Both the position numbers and the translations under genes were made by a program. The notes beneath the pieces were generated by a model that worked only from the letters and a program-made list of their open reading frames with translations, was not told where the DNA came from and searched no databases. A stretch of 64,000 nucleotides of DNA, taken from NCBI GenBank assembly GCA_964016885.1, contig OZ024745.1:11842001-11906000 (forward strand). The letters run 5' to 3'. Below are positions 30,001 through 40,610 of the stretch, piece after piece. Position 1 is the first letter of the stretch, and each line of letters opens with the position of its first letter. The stretch is from Eledone cirrhosa (Eukaryota).

Positions 30001-30374
30001 TGCAGGACAAAACTGCATTCTTTATATTTGTCTCAGAGACAGCTGATCCATCATCCACTGGCCCTCTCTGTGGCTCTAAGCCAGCAGAGTCATAACGACC
30101 AGGCTGCTCCTTGACAGTGTAATTAGGGGCTCTAACCCTAGTGCTGTTAGATCGACTCTCCATATTTCTTTTCAATGGCTGACAATACCTTACCGGCGCC
30201 ACTCGAATAAGGTAGTTATTTAACCCATAAATGGAGCCCTAACAGGTACTACCACCCCGGGCCAGGGCAGACCTGGGAGTCATGACAACTAAGGGGTAAC
30301 TCCACATTCCCCACAACTCCTGAACTCCCGAACTGGAGCCTTGCCACTGGATGTAGTTTAATGTCATACCCAGG
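27057..30374 (-). mobile_element. RTE-clade non-LTR retrotransposon, apparently near full length and recent
   Basis: Perfect 12-bp TSD actctacctatc (27045-27056, 30375-30386); single long ORF; short (TAGA)n 3' tail; about 210-nt 5' UTR. Confidence 0.93.
27068..30163 (-). CDS. RTE ORF: AP endonuclease plus reverse transcriptase (1031 aa from first ATG; reading frame open to 30202)
   Basis: APE motifs GTLNVRT, QEHR, SAYSPT, GDFNAH, SQIDFIL, SDH; RT motifs YRGISL, QNGFR, FIDFRKAFDSV, GVLQGDTLAPYLF, FADD; RTE-type C-terminus RLRLAGH..RRGRPR..DRDRW; no internal stops. Confidence 0.95.
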   Translation of the reverse strand: MESRSNSTRVRAPNYTVKEQPGRYDSAGLEPQRGPVDDGSAVSETNIKNAVLSCRRAIKMGTLNVRTIRTLEKREELGHLFEESGIQILAIQEHRILHDEPVRSVMIGRKSQLITTSAVKNTTNAAVGGVGFVFSAKTNLLVREIMPISPRVLRVTFNGNPRLTVISAYSPTEGDSDVNAEEFHEEVCGAVNTTQAHNILLVLGDFNAHLSKEGSEDPCWYFHNNTNRNGRLLRDTLLEANLMATNLRFRKNLGKMWTYISDMHLSKSQIDFILVRKKWRNSVLNTEPYSYFSTLGSDHRLVMSEVRVSLRKSKAQPRRTIYDWGAFKEDDKLQERFTVEVRFRFSALCGESEEREIGWTEESVTRRYGHFTNAVAKASETLVPRKKNKGKHVSSANTKVCAAREHLKAARDQFYADPTEERMETVEVMREELCTAYTEVREEALIEKIRSVERAVDRSGCKESWMIIIEITGRKKRCSSQIQGTGPEDRKRKWLDHFRTLLGEPPSTAQSSGEIRRLFEELDVETELFTREELQRAKKKIKEGKAHGEEGVASEVMKRCDFDDIILGFCNGALEKGVAPNQWRISNIVPVLKKGDLSNTNNYRGISLTSLVAKTLNRMILNRIQPEMEKKLRDNQNGFREGRSTTSHILMLRRILEGARAKCLPAVMVFIDFRKAFDSVDRYCLMKILQAYGIPKRIVDLISLLYTNTKAQVITPDGMTEFFEILAGVLQGDTLAPYLFIIVVDYCMRLALEKYQDTGFTVAPAQSRRVGAKKVSDAEFADDIVLVTNTVKEAEDLMREVETVSMSVGLRMNETKTKYLVENVEKPEGITNVGGKPLELVEDFLYLGAKIGNTEDDVVGRKSKAWAACHSLRSVWKSDLRRNLKIRLFIAVVESVLLYGSETWTLTKRLTQMVDGCYTRMLRMALNINQYTLRMKNSELYGSIPKVSSKVTQRRLRLAGHAHRHPELTLHSVLLWEPLHGHTRRGRPRLTYVDALRTDTGLLEMQDMAAIMRDRDRWRELVHGSREFYPP

Positions 30375-31075
30375 ACTCTACCTATCCAACATCCTTTTCA
30401 AGTAATAATGATAATATAATCCATCATCCAGTATTGATTCTTGGAGAGAATGGATTGCTTTACTGTGCGAAACGTGCGTATGTTGTGTTGGAGAGCTGAA
30501 TAAACATTATTCACTCGTAAATTGTAGTAAGTAATACCCCAAAGACATCAATATAAAATGTTATTATTGCTCAACTAAGCGGATGTTACGACATGCCTGT
30601 AGCAATGGATAAGTTGGACACTCTTCAAATATACAAATATATAACTAAATAGATACAGTTGCCTCATTCAATCAAACTACTGGATATGATAGCAGTTCAA
30701 TATCATGCTTGACATCACTCACCACTAATGATACTCTGCAGTTTTTGGCACATTATCACCATCAAGTCGATGTTACTTTTAACATGCAATGATGAGATTC
30801 TTTGCCACAGAAAATATGCATATTTTTATGATAATTCATTCGTGTTTTAATGTCGCCTATATAAAGATACCAGCGTTTCTCTTTCTTCCTTACAAAATAC
30901 ATCGCTTTCTAAACTATTTCTGAAACATTATTTCAAAGTCTCACATGTCAACTTGCTTATTTCGAGGCCTGGAAAAAAATCTCAAATCTTAATGTAAAGT
31001 TCCCCAAGCGTTAAGCTTATATCTCATTGAGAATAGAATGCTATTAACTTAAGGAAAAGATCTTTAAATACGTAT

Positions 31076-31077
<2 letters not shown>

Positions 31078-31146
<69 letters not shown>
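31078..31146. repeat. (TC)n microsatellite
   Basis: Direct reading. Confidence 0.95.
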
Positions 31147-31149
<3 letters not shown>

Positions 31150-31310
31150 TTATATATATACCTGTGCACCCGTTATTGTTGTACGTATATATATGATTAT
31201 TTTTATTTCTTCTCATATGTATGTAATATTTGTGTATGTGTGTATGCGAGTATGTGAGTGTAAATTTGTAAGTGTGTATGAATGTGCTATATGTGAGTGT
31301 CAATTTGTAT

Positions 31311-31425
31311 GTGGGTATGTACATATATGTATGTAATATATGAGTGTGTGTATGTACATATATGTATGTAATATATGAGTGTGTGTATGTACATATATGT
31401 ATGTAATATATGAGTGTGTGTATGA
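31311..31425. repeat. 35-bp minisatellite, 3 copies (gtgtgtatgtacatatatgtatgtaatatatgagt)
   Basis: Units start at 31311, 31346 and 31381. Confidence 0.85.
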
Positions 31426-31519
31426 ATGTGACAACATAGTTTCAATGATGTTCAGGAATTCAATATAAATTTAAAGCCGTATTTTAATGATAGGCGACTA
31501 AAATACAAATTCTTAATTA

Positions 31520-31700
31520 TCTATATATCGAAAACAGAGAATGTATGTCTGTCTGTCAGCTCCCTAAAACTCGAGAACCACCCAACCGATTGTTTTCAAA
31601 CTTTACACATGTAATACTTATGGTCCTGTGAGTGTTTTGAGCAAAACGAATTTCAAATTTTCAATGCCCTAGGGACCGCATTAGGCGATTTATCGATCTC
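31520..31700 (+). mobile_element. 5' fragment of a non-autonomous Helitron-like element
   Basis: A|TCTATATAT start followed by (GTCT)n and ..accgattgttttcaaactttacac.., typical of Lep1/DINE-like Helitron derivatives; no 3' CTAG end found. Confidence 0.5.
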
Positions 31701-31806
31701 TCTATAATTCTTAGTCCTTCTTTTTAGATAGATACATAGATATAACGTTGAGCCCTTATAATATCTGTCTGTATGTCTGACTGTCTGCATTACGACATTA
31801 TGACGC

Positions 31807-31958
<152 letters not shown>

Positions 31959-32299
31959 TGTGTGTAACGTTTTTCGAAATATTTACTTCTGCGTTCACAG
32001 ATTGATTTTTTTAGTTTCAGAAGATCCCGTTAAGGGTGAAAGCAGCGATTCTTTGCTTAAACTTTAATCTGTTATTTTAATATATATATATATATATATA
32101 TAAGTATGTATACGTACATACATATATGTATACATACTTACAGTAGTATATATATATAATACATGCACACATATATATATGTACGTATGGATTCACCGAA
32201 CATTTATTATAATGCTCTGTGTGTTTGTAAACAAACATCCCGTATTAAGCCGTAGTGTCTAGCAACCATCGTTGCTCGTTTGTTCAACACTGACAAAGA

Positions 32300-32342
32300 A
32301 CGCTGTACAAGTTTCAAGCTTATTAGCTATCGTCAGCAACGT
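32300..32342 (-). ncRNA. Minimal type I hammerhead ribozyme motif
   Basis: Minus strand ACGUUG-CUGACGA-UAGCU(AAUA)AGCUU-GAAAC-UU-GUA|CAGCGU: 6-bp stem I, canonical core, 4-bp stem II with a U-U closing mismatch. Confidence 0.75.
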
Positions 32343-32460
32343 ATACCTCCCTGCCAGATGATTGAACGTCTGAAAGTATATATTTTCCTTATGCATATTA
32401 ACGGCTGAGTAGCCTAATTTGCATATCGAGTGGGTTAATCGGCCGGGTGCACCGAAAACG

Positions 32461-32610
32461 ATAAACGGAAAAAATGAAAGGAAATTTCATTTCCCACTCT
32501 TAGTACGGCTGTTACTTAAATATAAGTATGTATACGTATAAGTATGTATATTTAAGTAACAGCCGTACTAAGAGTGGGAAATGAAATTTCGTTTCATTTT
32601 TTCCGTTTAT
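32461..32610. repeat. Inverted repeat, 64-bp arms with 1 mismatch, centred on TATACGTATA
   Basis: 32461-32524 is the reverse complement of 32547-32610. Confidence 0.92.
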
Positions 32611-32671
32611 ATATATATAATTATATATAAACAAATACATATATAAACAAATACACACACGTATATATATA

Positions 32672-32672
<1 letters not shown>

Positions 32673-32769
<97 letters not shown>

Positions 32770-32772
32770 GTG
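32673..32772. repeat. (TG)n microsatellite
   Basis: Direct reading. Confidence 0.95.
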
Positions 32773-32871
32773 ATTAGAATCTGAAGATTTTTGAATCATT
32801 ATTCTGAGTTCCACGTTGTTGGTTATTCAAATACATTAAGAAGTAAAGCAGAGTAACAATATATAACACTA

Positions 32872-33513
32872 CTAGCCGAATTACCCGCGCCTTGCTGCGT
32901 TTCACACATTTTTATTTTTTTGTAAGAAAATAATGATTGATTTTAAATCAGTGATATAATTTATGGAGAAAAACTCTGCCTTTCAATATTACTCAATGTA
33001 AAATGTAATGCAGAAAAAATTGGAAAACATTATTTTTTGTAATATATCAAATCAAAATTACATTAAATCCTATTCTTATTTTCTTTCTCGTAAATAATTT
33101 TTTTCAAAATATCAATTCAAAACTTTTGTGAATAGGCATCTTTAAATTTCATATAAATCGAAGGAGAAAAATTTTCAGCGGGGTTTTGTGCCCCCGGGAA
33201 CCATAATAGGGGGTTTACCCCCATTAGGGTGTCTTAATATTATTAAAATTTGCTGAAATTTTCAGAATAGGCATCATATCTTGTCATTTACCTATGGTTT
33301 AAATTTCATATAAATCGAAGGGAACAAATTTTCAGTAGGGGTTTGTGCCCCGGGGAATCCTTTCATTAAAATGAAATATACTTATCCAAGTACCCTGGGC
33401 AATGTAGTTTCAGAATATATATGGTTATGTGGGTCTATCTCCAAAACCATAGGAGGAGTTCGTGAACAAACAAACAAACAAACAGACAGGAACTACAACT
33501 TTATATATATAGT
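32872..33513 (-). mobile_element. Non-autonomous Helitron-like element (Lep1/HINE-type)
   Basis: Minus strand begins ctatatatataaa followed by (GTTT/GTCT)n and ends GC-rich ..cgcagcaaggcgcgggtaattcggCTAG|T; internal imperfect duplication 33130-33200 vs 33265-33355. Confidence 0.7.
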
Positions 33514-33890
33514 TATATGTAAAAACATTCTGAAAAGTCACCAGAACTCGAGATTTGATTGGTTGCCAAAAAGATCCAGAAAATACATCAGATATTCGAC
33601 TGTCATATGTGATATATTCATCTATTGGCATAAATACTTTATATTTCTCCAATTATTGGAAGCGGTTATATAATTATTGACAGTTATATAATGAAAAATA
33701 ACATTCACTTATCAACAGCTTCATTAAGCGTGTTTTACATGATATCCAGTTTTACCCATATCATACTGAAGACGTATATACAATATATATATATATATAT
33801 GTGTGTGTGTGCGTGTGTGTGTGTGTGTGTGCGCGCGCGCTTGTGTGTGTAGTGAAAATAATTGAAGTCAGATTTGCAGCTTGTGTAATA

Positions 33891-33977
<87 letters not shown>

Positions 33978-33979
<2 letters not shown>

Positions 33980-34331
33980 TTAGGTTTGGTGGTTCACCAC
34001 TCGATAGTACTGGTCATTCTGTATAGTCAACCATGATGTAATATTAGGAGAAGCATTCGACGTTATATAACTCATCCATCTTCGATGTTGAATCTTGTTG
34101 GTGGTGTGAGAACGGAGTTAATTATTATTTAGTAAAATGACAGGAGGCCGGACTGGTGAAATTCCTTCGCATTTCAATGACCAAGTTCCGTAAGATCCTG
34201 GTGACATCATCAGGTGTTTATTCCATAACAGTTATATAATAAAAAAACAGAGAGAAATGTTTATGACTCGAAGGTAGTCAGGGCCTGTTGTTGTCAATTT
34301 GGCTGACCACCTTCGAGTGTTTTACTCAATA

Positions 34332-34333
<2 letters not shown>
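33978..34333 (-). mobile_element. ORF-less insert between (TA)n tracts with a degenerate hammerhead (34175-34218) and a hairpin (34266-34318); Penelope-pLTR-like
   Basis: Minus strand CUGAUGA-UGU..UAC-GGAAC-UUG-GUC (GAAA mutated, poor stem I); hairpin actcgaaggtagtcag / ctgaccaccttcgagt. Confidence 0.5.
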
Positions 34334-34429
<96 letters not shown>

Positions 34430-34486
34430 ATAATACTAATAATAATAATTATATATATATATATATTTATATATACATATATATAT

Positions 34487-34515
<29 letters not shown>

Positions 34516-34517
<2 letters not shown>

Positions 34518-34655
34518 ACGAAGGAAATGTGGTAAGGAACCAGGTGGACCATAACGCATCAAAGTACTCAATACTTAGGGTAGTAGAGTGGGTAATAGGA
34601 ACGAGTAGGACCCCGACGGCTGAGCTCAAGCCGTCGAGGTCCTACTCGTTCCTAT
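34516..34655. mobile_element. Short tail-plus-hairpin element, homologous to 49812-50612
   Basis: About 80-bp segment ataacgaagg..gtagagtgggt shared with 49812-49891, then taggaacgagtaggaccccgacggct-GAGCTC-aagccgtcgaggtcctactcgttccta; flanked by (TA)n. Confidence 0.75.
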
Positions 34656-34672
34656 ATATATATATATATATA

Positions 34673-34709
<37 letters not shown>

Positions 34710-34710
<1 letters not shown>

Positions 34711-35963
34711 CTTGAGTCTCAGTCATTGATGTTAGTTAACTGGAAAGTCCGTTGGAATGAATATCAAGCCACTACCTGCAGCCTCAGATATTCAGGACGT
34801 ATCGGAGGGTTCTTGCTGTTCCCAGCAAGCATGCCTTTTGAAGCGTTCCAAAAAGCGTGAAGGGGCCGATTTTCTTTAACCATCCCTGGAAACTTTTGGA
34901 GATAGTCCCCAGTGCGCCTATGACAATCGGGATCACTTTGACTTCATGGCAGTTCCAAATCCTTTTTACCTCTCACTTTAAGTCCTGGTATCGGTTAATT
35001 TTCTCCCTCTCCTTCTCTTGCACTCTCGTGTCGAATGGGCAGGCCACATCCACAATCAGACACGATCTTTATTCTTTGTCCACAACCACCAGGTCAGGTC
35101 TATTGTGTTCCAGTTTCTTGTCCGTCTGTATCCTAAAATCCCACAGCACCTTCACCTGATCGTTCTCTATCACCGCCTCTGGCTTATGCTCATACCATCT
35201 CTCAGAATGTGGTAAATTGTTTACTTTGCACAGGTGCCAGTGGATCACCCTGCCCATCACATCATGTCTCCAGCCCTTATAGTGGGTCTGGGCTAGGTGT
35301 TTACACTCGGATACAATGTAAGCCACAGTCTCCTCTCTCTCTCCACAGATCCTGCACAGTGGGCTAGCCTCCTCCTTGTAAATATGGTGTTTCAACCACT
35401 TCGTTTTGAGGGCCTGCTCCTGCGCAGCCATTAACATTCCTTCTGTAGCCTTTTTAAGGTCTCCTCTTCTCAACCAGTTCCATATCTGTGGATCTCTAAA
35501 TTCAGTTTTCTCAAAGAAGGTACTATGAAGGGATTTTTCCTGAAGGCTGCTCTTTCTCTTTGATGTTATTTCCTCCTTGGACATCCCCTGGCCTATTGTC
35601 CCCTCCTTCAGTACAGTTCTGAGCATTGGCTCCGTACTATCAGTCACGTATTTGTGTAGGTTGTTGTTCTCCATCTGAACACAGTCCTCTATGCTGATAA
35701 GACCTCTTCCACCTTCAAATCTCCTTAAGTAGAGTCTATCGACATCACTCCTCTTGTGGAACATGTTGTAGATAGTCAATAGCTTCCTAGTCTTCCTATC
35801 CATTTCTTTTTGTTCAGCAACATTCCATCTCAGGATTCCCGCACTGTACCTAATAATAGACACAGCTCGGGAATTTACTGCGCTTATGGCATTTCTGCTG
35901 TTCAGATGTGACTTCAATACGCTCCTTACTCTCCGAATGTATTCAGTTCTTAACAATTCATTC

Positions 35964-35965
<2 letters not shown>
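34710..35965 (-). pseudogene. 5'-truncated R4/Dong-like non-LTR retrotransposon (RT thumb, zinc knuckle, RLE endonuclease) with two premature stops
   Basis: GGRGL, AAQEQAL, CRICG..ETVAYIVSEC, RHD, WDF..HNRPDLVV; the frame continues past TAA 35069 and TGA 34973 as LIVDVACPFD..EKINRYQDL..PIVIGALG..LQKACLLGTARTLR to the stop at 34784; (TAA)n on both flanks. Confidence 0.9.
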
Positions 35966-36006
<41 letters not shown>

Positions 36007-36582
36007 TTATATATATATATATATATACATGGGTGTGTGTGTGTGTGTGCGTGTATGTATATAATAGATTTATTCTTAAAATGCTGGATTATCCATCGAT
36101 CTCCGACAGAGATAAAGAGATAGGTATCACGTTTTTGTTTTCATTTATCGATCATTTTACATATATGTTGTTTTGTTTTTTCTATCAGTCAAAAAGTTTC
36201 TCTAATGGTTGCAACCTAGGCTACTATATTGGTGTGTGAGTGTCGTTTTATCATTTCTATGATCACTATAATTCTCAGCATCTCCATAAACCTCTCTATC
36301 AATATAATTGCTACTACAAACAACAAAACTGAAAACAATAACAGTTCAGTTGGCCATCGTTAAAATAGTCTTTATATAACTATTATGAAACAACAGTAAC
36401 AGCGCCATCTACAACAGTAACAGCGCCATCTACACTACCAAACTTACAGACGTACAAGAACTAACCACAGCAACAAACTGAAATCCATTATATAACCTCA
36501 AACTCTTTCTCAAACTGTAGAAGATCAACAGAAACAAAAGCAATCTTCACATCTATATATAACCAGATCTGTAGCAGATCAT

Positions 36583-36596
36583 GTTTCCATAGCAAC
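36583..36596. promoter_or_regulatory. RFX X-box-like motif GTTTCCATAGCAAC
   Basis: Fits GTYNCYATRGNAAC; motif match only. Confidence 0.3.
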
Positions 36597-36729
36597 TGAT
36601 AGAAGTGACTTCCAGTTGAAGGAGTTATTATATCATTATGACCATTGTCTTGTCGCTATTATCCAACTATTTCCATAAATAGAAACTTAGTTTCCCGTGA
36701 GAGAAAGTTCTTTTTTTTTTTCGTCTGTC

Positions 36730-36890
36730 CCCTCTCTCTCTCACACACACACACTCTCTCTGTCACAAACACTCTCTCTTTCTCCCTCCATCTCTCCCTC
36801 TTTTTTCTCTCTCTCTCTCAATCTCTCTCACATACACACACTCCCTCTTTCTCTCTCTCACACACACATTATATCTCTGTGTGTCTATCC

Positions 36891-36961
<71 letters not shown>

Positions 36962-37014
36962 CATACATAAATATATTATATTTCGTTATTTTTCTGTCTG
37001 TTTCTTTCTCTCTC

Positions 37015-37072
<58 letters not shown>

Positions 37073-37380
37073 GTGAAAACTGGAACGGGAACAAAAACAG
37101 TGATGCAGTACAAACAAAGGTTTATTAGTTTCACGCTCTTGAGAGTGGGGGGTGGTGTGGTGGTGTGGTGGTGTGGTGGGGTGGGGATATGTATATATAT
37201 ACGTACACACACACATATATATATATATAAATATATATATATATACATACATACACTCTCGTTCAGTCCCCCCCCCCCCCTTCTTTTCATCTGACTATTT
37301 CAGTAATAACACAATTAACAATAGTTACGATTCTTTTTTCCTTTTGTTGTCAGAATTATCCATTTTGCAACAAAAAAATG

Positions 37381-37421
<41 letters not shown>

Positions 37422-37470
37422 AACCACTACTACTACTACTACTACTACTAATACTGCCACTACTACTACC
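36730..37470. repeat. Cluster of (TC)n, (TA)n, (GTG)n and (CTA)n microsatellites
   Basis: Direct reading. Confidence 0.85.
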
Positions 37471-37480
37471 ACTAATGATA

Positions 37481-37597
37481 ATAATTGTTTCTACTTTTGG
37501 CACAAGGCCAGCAATTACTCAGTGTATTACTGGTACTTTATTTTATCGACCCCGTAAGGATGAAAGGCAAAGTTAACCTCGGCGGGATTTGAACTCT
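37481..37597 (-). mobile_element. Nin/Deu-type SINE, 5'-truncated at the B box
   Basis: ataattgtttctac..ctggtactttattttatcgaccccgtaaggatgaaaggc..gatttgaactc. Confidence 0.88.
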
Positions 37598-37602
37598 AAC
37601 AT

Positions 37603-37818
37603 TACTACTACTACTTCTACTACTACTCCTACTACTACTACAACTACTACTACTACCACTACTACTACTACTACTGCTACTACTACTTCTTCTACTACTA
37701 CTCCTACTACTACTACAACTACTACTACTACCACTACTACTACTCCTACTACTACTACTACCACTACTACTACAACTACCACTACTGCCATCACTACTAT
37801 TACTACTATTACTACTAT

Positions 37819-37893
<75 letters not shown>
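37603..37893. repeat. (CTA)n degenerate microsatellite
   Basis: Direct reading. Confidence 0.95.
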
Positions 37894-38020
37894 ATAACAA
37901 CAACTCAGATCTGGAAACATAGCCCTTCGTAACAACTGAAATAAATCCTCTACAAAAATGAAGAATTAACCCCAATAAGTACAACTGATACATATTAAAT
38001 GGGATTATTATAGGGAAAAG

Positions 38021-38605
38021 GGCGGTGGATTGGCAATATCGGTAGAGGGTCGGACGCCATGCTAGGGAGGTGGATTGGCAATATCGGTAGAGGGTCGGAC
38101 GCCATGCTAGGGAGGTGGATTGGCAGTATCGGTAGAGGGTCGGACGCCATGTTAGGGCGGTGGATTGGCAGTATCGGTAGAGGGTCGGACGTCATGTTAG
38201 GGAGGAGGATTGGCAGTATCGGTAGAGGGTCAGACGCCATGCTAGGGAGGTGGATTGGCAGTATCGGTAGAGGGTCAGACGCCATGCTAGGGAGGTGGAT
38301 TGGCAGTATCGGTAGAGGGTCGGACGCCATGTTAGGGAGGTGGATTGGCAGTATCGTTAGAGGGTCGGACGCCATGTTAGGGCGGTGGATTGGCAGTATC
38401 GGTAGAGGGTCAGACGCCATGCTAGGGAGGTGGATTGGCAGTATCGGTAGAGGGTCGGACGCCATGCTAGGGAGGTGGATTGGCAATATCGGTAGAGGGT
38501 CGGACGCCATGTTAGGGCGGTGGATTGGCAGTATCGGTAGAGGGTCGGACGCCATGTTAGGGCGGTGGATTGGCAGTATCGGTAGAGGGTCGGACGCCAT
38601 GCTTT
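38021..38605 (+). repeat. 45-bp minisatellite, 13 copies, made from the SINE 5' head
   Basis: Unit gg[c/a]ggtggattggcagtatcggtagagggtcggacgccatg[c/t]tag; the 13th copy (38561) runs into the SINE body. Confidence 0.95.
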
Positions 38606-38752
38606 GACGCATAAAGTTACGGCCCTTTATGGTCTGAGTTCAAATCTCGCCGAGGTAAACTTTGCCTTTCATCCTTACGGGGTCGATAAAATAAAGTACC
38701 AGTAATACACTGGGATAATTGCTGGCCTTGTGCCAAAAGTAGAAACAATTAT
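38561..38752 (+). mobile_element. Nin/Deu-type tRNA SINE, complete
   Basis: A-box-like tggcagtatcgg, B box gagttcaaatc, gcctttcatccttacggggtcgataaaataaagtaccag, tail tagaaacaattat; TSD-like attattatagg.aaaa at 38004-38019 and 38748-38763. Confidence 0.9.
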
Positions 38753-38768
38753 TATAGGAAAAATATAA

Positions 38769-38925
38769 GGCGGTGGATTGGTAAAATCAGTAGAGCGTAG
38801 CATAGAGTTGTGGCCCTTTACGTTCAGTGTTCAAATGCCACAAAGGTTAGATTTACCTTTCATCTTTACGGAGTCGATAAAATAAAGTACCAGTAATACC
38901 CTGGGGTTGATATAATCAACTTTCA
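38769..38925 (+). mobile_element. Second, more diverged Nin/Deu-type SINE in tandem
   Basis: ggcggtggattgg..gttcaaatg..tttcatctttacggagtcgataaaataaagtaccag. Confidence 0.8.
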
Positions 38926-39251
38926 CCTCCCAAATATATTGTTTAAATATGAAAATAGGCAACAAACAGACGACGCCACGGATGGCTTAGTGAGATGAAC
39001 TGAAAATCAACTGGATTTGTAAACAAAAAAATGAACTCTATCTAGGAATTAAGCAATTAGAAGCAGCAGCAGCAGCAGTAGCAGCAACAACAGCAACAAC
39101 AACAGCAACAACAGCAACAACAACATGGACGGTCGACTCATCTTCTATAATGAACTTCGTGGACTGGATTTATTGCAACAATAACACGAAAGCTATGTCA
39201 CATATTAATTCAAAAACTGTGTTCTGCTAAATGATTTACTCAGAACAAAAG

Positions 39252-39468
39252 TAAAATTGATATAAAGAGTGGTGTGCTCATGCACGGAGATGCTATAAAA
39301 TAGCTTATAAAACAGGGTGAAGACCCTGAAAGACGTAAAAAGAAGTTGACATCGGTTGCTCGAGCAATATGGGCTTCTAAACAACTTCTTTTTCGGTCTT
39401 TAAGGCTATTTTAAAGCTATTTTATAGCATCTCCGCGCATGAGCATACCACTCTTTATATTAACTTTA
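39252..39468. repeat. Imperfect fold-back element (MITE-like)
   Basis: Outer arms atataaagagtggtgtgctcatgcacggagatgctataaaatagctt / its complement; inner arms aaagac..aaaaagaagttg / caacttcttttt..gtcttt; central ttgctcgagcaa. Confidence 0.75.
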
Positions 39469-39550
39469 TCCCGTCAGCACTTCGTAGAAATCCAAAAATA
39501 AAATGGTTTAATTCAAAATAAATATAAAATATAGAGTTGAACGAATATAA

Positions 39551-40606
39551 ACAATGTTACCATCATAGTCACCAAATTGTGGTTAGAAGTTGGTGTATTA
39601 TAATACAATGTTACTATCATAGTCACCAAATTGTGGTTAGAAGTTGGTGTATTATAATACAATGTTACTATCATAGTCACCAAATTGTGGTGAGAAGTTG
39701 GTGTATTATAATACAATGTTACTATCATAGTCACCAAATTGTGGTGAGAAGTTGGTGTATTATAATACAATGTTACTATCATAGTCACCAAATTGTGGTT
39801 AGAAGTTGGTGTATTATAATACAATGTTACTATCATAGTCACCAAATTGTGGTGAGAAGTTGGTGTATTATAATACAATGTTACTATCATAGTCAGCAAA
39901 TTGTGGTGAGAAGTTGGTGTATTATAATACAATGTTACTATCATAGTCACCAAATTGTGGTGAGAAGTTGGTGTATTATAATACAATGTTACTATCATAG
40001 TCACCAAATTGTGGTGAGAAGTTGGTGTATTATAATACAATGTTACTATCATAGTCACCAAATTGTGGTGAGAAGTTGGTGTATTATAATACAATGTTAC
40101 TACCATAGTCACCAAATTGTGGTTAGAAGTTGGTGTATTATAATACAATGTTACTATCATAGTCAGCAAATTGTGGTGAGAAGTTGGTGTTTTATAATAC
40201 AATGTTACTACCATAGTCACCAAATTGTGGTGAGAAGTTGGTGTTTTATAATACAATGTTACTATCATAGTCACCAAATTGTGGTGAGAAGTTGGTGTAT
40301 TATAATACAATGTTACTATCATAGTCAGCAAATTGTGGTGAGAAGTTGGTGTATTATAATACAATGTTACTATCATAGTCACCAAATTATGGTTAGAAGT
40401 TGGTGTATTATAATACAATGTTACTATCATAGTCAGCAAATTGTGGTGAGAAGTTGGTGTATTATAATACAATGTTACTATCATAGTCACCAAATTGTGG
40501 TTAGAAGTTGGTGTATTATAATACAATGTTACTATCATAGTCACCAAATTGTGGTTAGAAGTTGGTGTATTATAATACAATGTTACTATCATAGTCACCA
40601 AATTGT
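39551..40606. repeat. 54-bp minisatellite, about 19.5 highly homogeneous copies
   Basis: Unit acaatgttactatcatagtcaccaaattgtggt[g/t]agaagttggtgtattataat. Confidence 0.97.
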
Positions 40607-40610
40607 CGTA

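Noticed and set aside
27554-30095. Plus-strand ORFs overlapping the LINE
   Set aside because: Antisense shadows of the RTE ORF; the same applies to the plus-strand ORFs at 34857-35215.
30164-30374. HDV-like ribozyme in the RTE 5' UTR
   Set aside because: Known in some RTE elements, but I could not build the nested double pseudoknot by eye; needs a descriptor search.
38036-38050. 42-bp satellite derived from the SINE head (shared CGGTAGAGG)
   Set aside because: Only 9 bp are shared and the rest does not align.
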